A stretch of DNA of 15,665 nt from a virus (taxonomy: Duplodnaviria > Heunggongvirae > Uroviricota > Caudoviricetes), in the IMG/VR virus record IMGVR_UViG_3300031998_000029, positions 1 through 15,665 of that record; one strand, 5' to 3'. This document shows, one piece after another, positions 14,380-15,665 of this stretch. Within the stretch, counting starts at the first letter, position 1, and each line of letters starts with the position of its first letter. Both the position numbers and the translations under genes were made by a program. Below the pieces are notes generated by a model. The model did not search any database and had not been told where the DNA came from. It worked only from the letters and a program-made list of their open reading frames with translations.

Positions 14380-14412
14380 TCACGCAGAAAGAAATATCTG
14401 CGTGAAATTTTT
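14380..14412 (+). terminator. Terminator-like hairpin after E1
   Basis: TCACGCAGA-AAGAAATA-TCTGCGTGA followed by AATTTTT. Confidence 0.6.
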
Positions 14413-14444
14413 ACAAACTGATAAAACAGATTTTTACAGGAGGG

Positions 14445-14648
14445 ATGCCTATGAATCGCGATTTTGACCCGATCCCGCTGAGCGCAGCGATAGTCCGGCA
14501 GGCTTTCGACGATTATCAGGAATTGCGCAGGAATAATATCGAGGAAAGGAAGACCAGAGACAGAGGAGAATACTCTATGGAAGAGCTGAGAGTATTTTTT
14601 TCAAGCGACTGGGGCAGATTCCTATTGATGATGACGCACAACATATGA
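14445..14648 (+). CDS. Small hypothetical phage protein, 67 aa
   Basis: SD AGGAGGG; helical pattern AIVRQAFDDY...FFSSDWG. Confidence 0.65.
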   Translation: MPMNRDFDPIPLSAAIVRQAFDDYQELRRNNIEERKTRDRGEYSMEELRVFFSSDWGRFLLMMTHNI

Positions 14649-14654
14649 AAAACA

Positions 14655-14961
14655 GACTGTAATGATATTTATGTAACCAAAAGTTACATGGCTCTTCGCC
14701 GTCGGCAAGAGTAACGCCATGACGAGGGGACGTATGTCCGGAGACGACCCGTATCCTGAAGAAAAAAACACCTCAAGAAAACGACAAAAAAAAAAAAAAC
14801 ACAGTATCAAAACAAAGCTGAAAACAACAACAAAGCACCCACCAGCACAAACCCCAGGATACAAAACGCGGATTTCCCGGAAGAAAAGACCACAAACATC
14901 GTACACCAGATCTTCAGACCATACCTCCCACATCCTAAATAAAGATAACTAGATTACAGTC
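14655..14961 (+). ncRNA. Putative retron-like msr-msd ncRNA upstream of the RT
   Basis: Terminal inverted repeats GACTGTAAT (14655-14663) / ATTACAGTC (14953-14961), with G14664 directly after the 5' repeat. Two short hairpins (ATGTAAC/GTTACAT 14671-14689; GCTCTT..AAGAGT 14691-14712). An internal stem GTATCCTG/CAGGATAC encloses a 96-nt loop. Ends 19 nt before the RT start. Confidence 0.7.
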
Positions 14962-14980
14962 GGCAAGAAAGGAAAAGAAA

Positions 14981-15665
14981 ATGATCTACATTACGACTCC
15001 GCAGTCTCCGGTATATCCGCAGATAACACTGGAAGAACTGCTGTTTATGCCGGATTACAATCCAAAGCCGATATTGTGGAATTTTGCAAACACGCGAACA
15101 AGAGAGGCGGAACGCGCCCCGGCAGAGCTGATGCGCAAGATCGACGTAAACGCGCTGATATCACGGCTTTCCAAGTTCAATGCGGATACGGAATACCTGC
15201 GCAGCAAACCGCGAAAAGAACTTTACAGAGAGTTCTTTATTCCAAAGAAGGGAAGCGAGGGAGGCAGGATAAAGTGGCGCCGTATAGACGCCCCAAACCC
15301 CGATCTCATGAATGCTTTGTACACGCTCAAGTCGATATTTGAAGACAATTTCCGTGTTCTCTATCACACTTCGGCGTTTGCATATATAAAGAAGCGCAGC
15401 ACAATAGACGCAATAAAAAGACATCAGGAAAACGAGAGCAGATGGTTTGGGAAGTACGACCTGTCCGATTTCTTCGGAAGCACGACGCTCGACTTCGTTA
15501 TGGACATGTTCTCGATGGTGTTCCCGATATCAGAAGTCGCAAGGCGTCCGGACGGAAGAGCGGAGCTGAGAAAGGCGCTTGAGCTTGCGTTTCTTGACGG
15601 CGGGCTCCCGCAGGGAACCCCCATATCTCCGCTTATAACGAACGTCATGATGATCCCCATAGACT
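14981..15665 (+). CDS. Retron-type reverse transcriptase, 3'-truncated by the window end (228 codons visible; missing from the ORF track)
   Basis: SD AAGAAAGGA. Open frame MIYITTPQSP... carries RT motifs YREFFIPKKG..WRRIDAP, HTSAFAYIKKRS, KYDLSDFFGS and GLPQGTPISP. The YxDD motif would lie beyond the window. Confidence 0.9.
   Translation, partial: MIYITTPQSPVYPQITLEELLFMPDYNPKPILWNFANTRTREAERAPAELMRKIDVNALISRLSKFNADTEYLRSKPRKELYREFFIPKKGSEGGRIKWRRIDAPNPDLMNALYTLKSIFEDNFRVLYHTSAFAYIKKRSTIDAIKRHQENESRWFGKYDLSDFFGSTTLDFVMDMFSMVFPISEVARRPDGRAELRKALELAFLDGGLPQGTPISPLITNVMMIPID

Noticed and set aside
14759-14854. DGR template repeat (AAC-rich)
   Set aside because: No matching variable repeat is visible in the window, and the RT motif GLPQGTPISP is retron-like rather than DGR-like. 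A target outside the window would need a search.
14622-14952. ORFs 14719..14952 (+, Lys/Thr-rich) and 14622..14933 (-, Phe/Val-rich)
   Set aside because: Their composition simply reflects the A/C-rich ncRNA tract and they have no convincing SD. Translation from an RT-derived cDNA cannot be excluded without experiments.
15076-15660. Track ORFs 15076..15342, 15161..15424 and 15424..15660
   Set aside because: They are alternative or antisense frames of the RT gene starting at 14981.

Overview
This window looks like part of a large bacteriophage genome, probably infecting a Firmicute (inferred from AGGAGG-type RBSs, a sigmaA-type promoter, an HU gene and tRNAs). Nearly everything is on the + strand. 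1-104: a perfect 16-nt tandem repeat. 197-6508: a 278-aa unknown protein, then about 20 small hypothetical ORFs including two paralog pairs. Three self-cleaving ribozyme candidates are interspersed there: two type-P1 twisters (1070-1123, 1482-1531) and one minimal HDV-like ribozyme (2645-2697). 6522-6973: a non-coding block with a tRNA-Thr(TGT) interrupted by a 47-nt insert in the anticodon stem, a tRNA-like element with no anticodon arm, and an array of ACWGCAA-bearing hairpins. This block sits directly upstream of a DUF2828-type (TROVE/Ro-related, vWA) gene and HU. 9589-14324: a putative phage-encoded ubiquitin-like conjugation cassette (Ubl, tRNA-Leu, coiled-coil/E2-like protein, JAB/JAMM protease, acidic protein, ThiF/E1). 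14655-15665: a retron-like ncRNA with terminal inverted repeats and an unusual 96-nt A/C-rich loop, followed by a retron-type reverse transcriptase. The RT runs off the window end and is absent from the supplied ORF track. All calls come from reading the sequence by eye; no searches were run.
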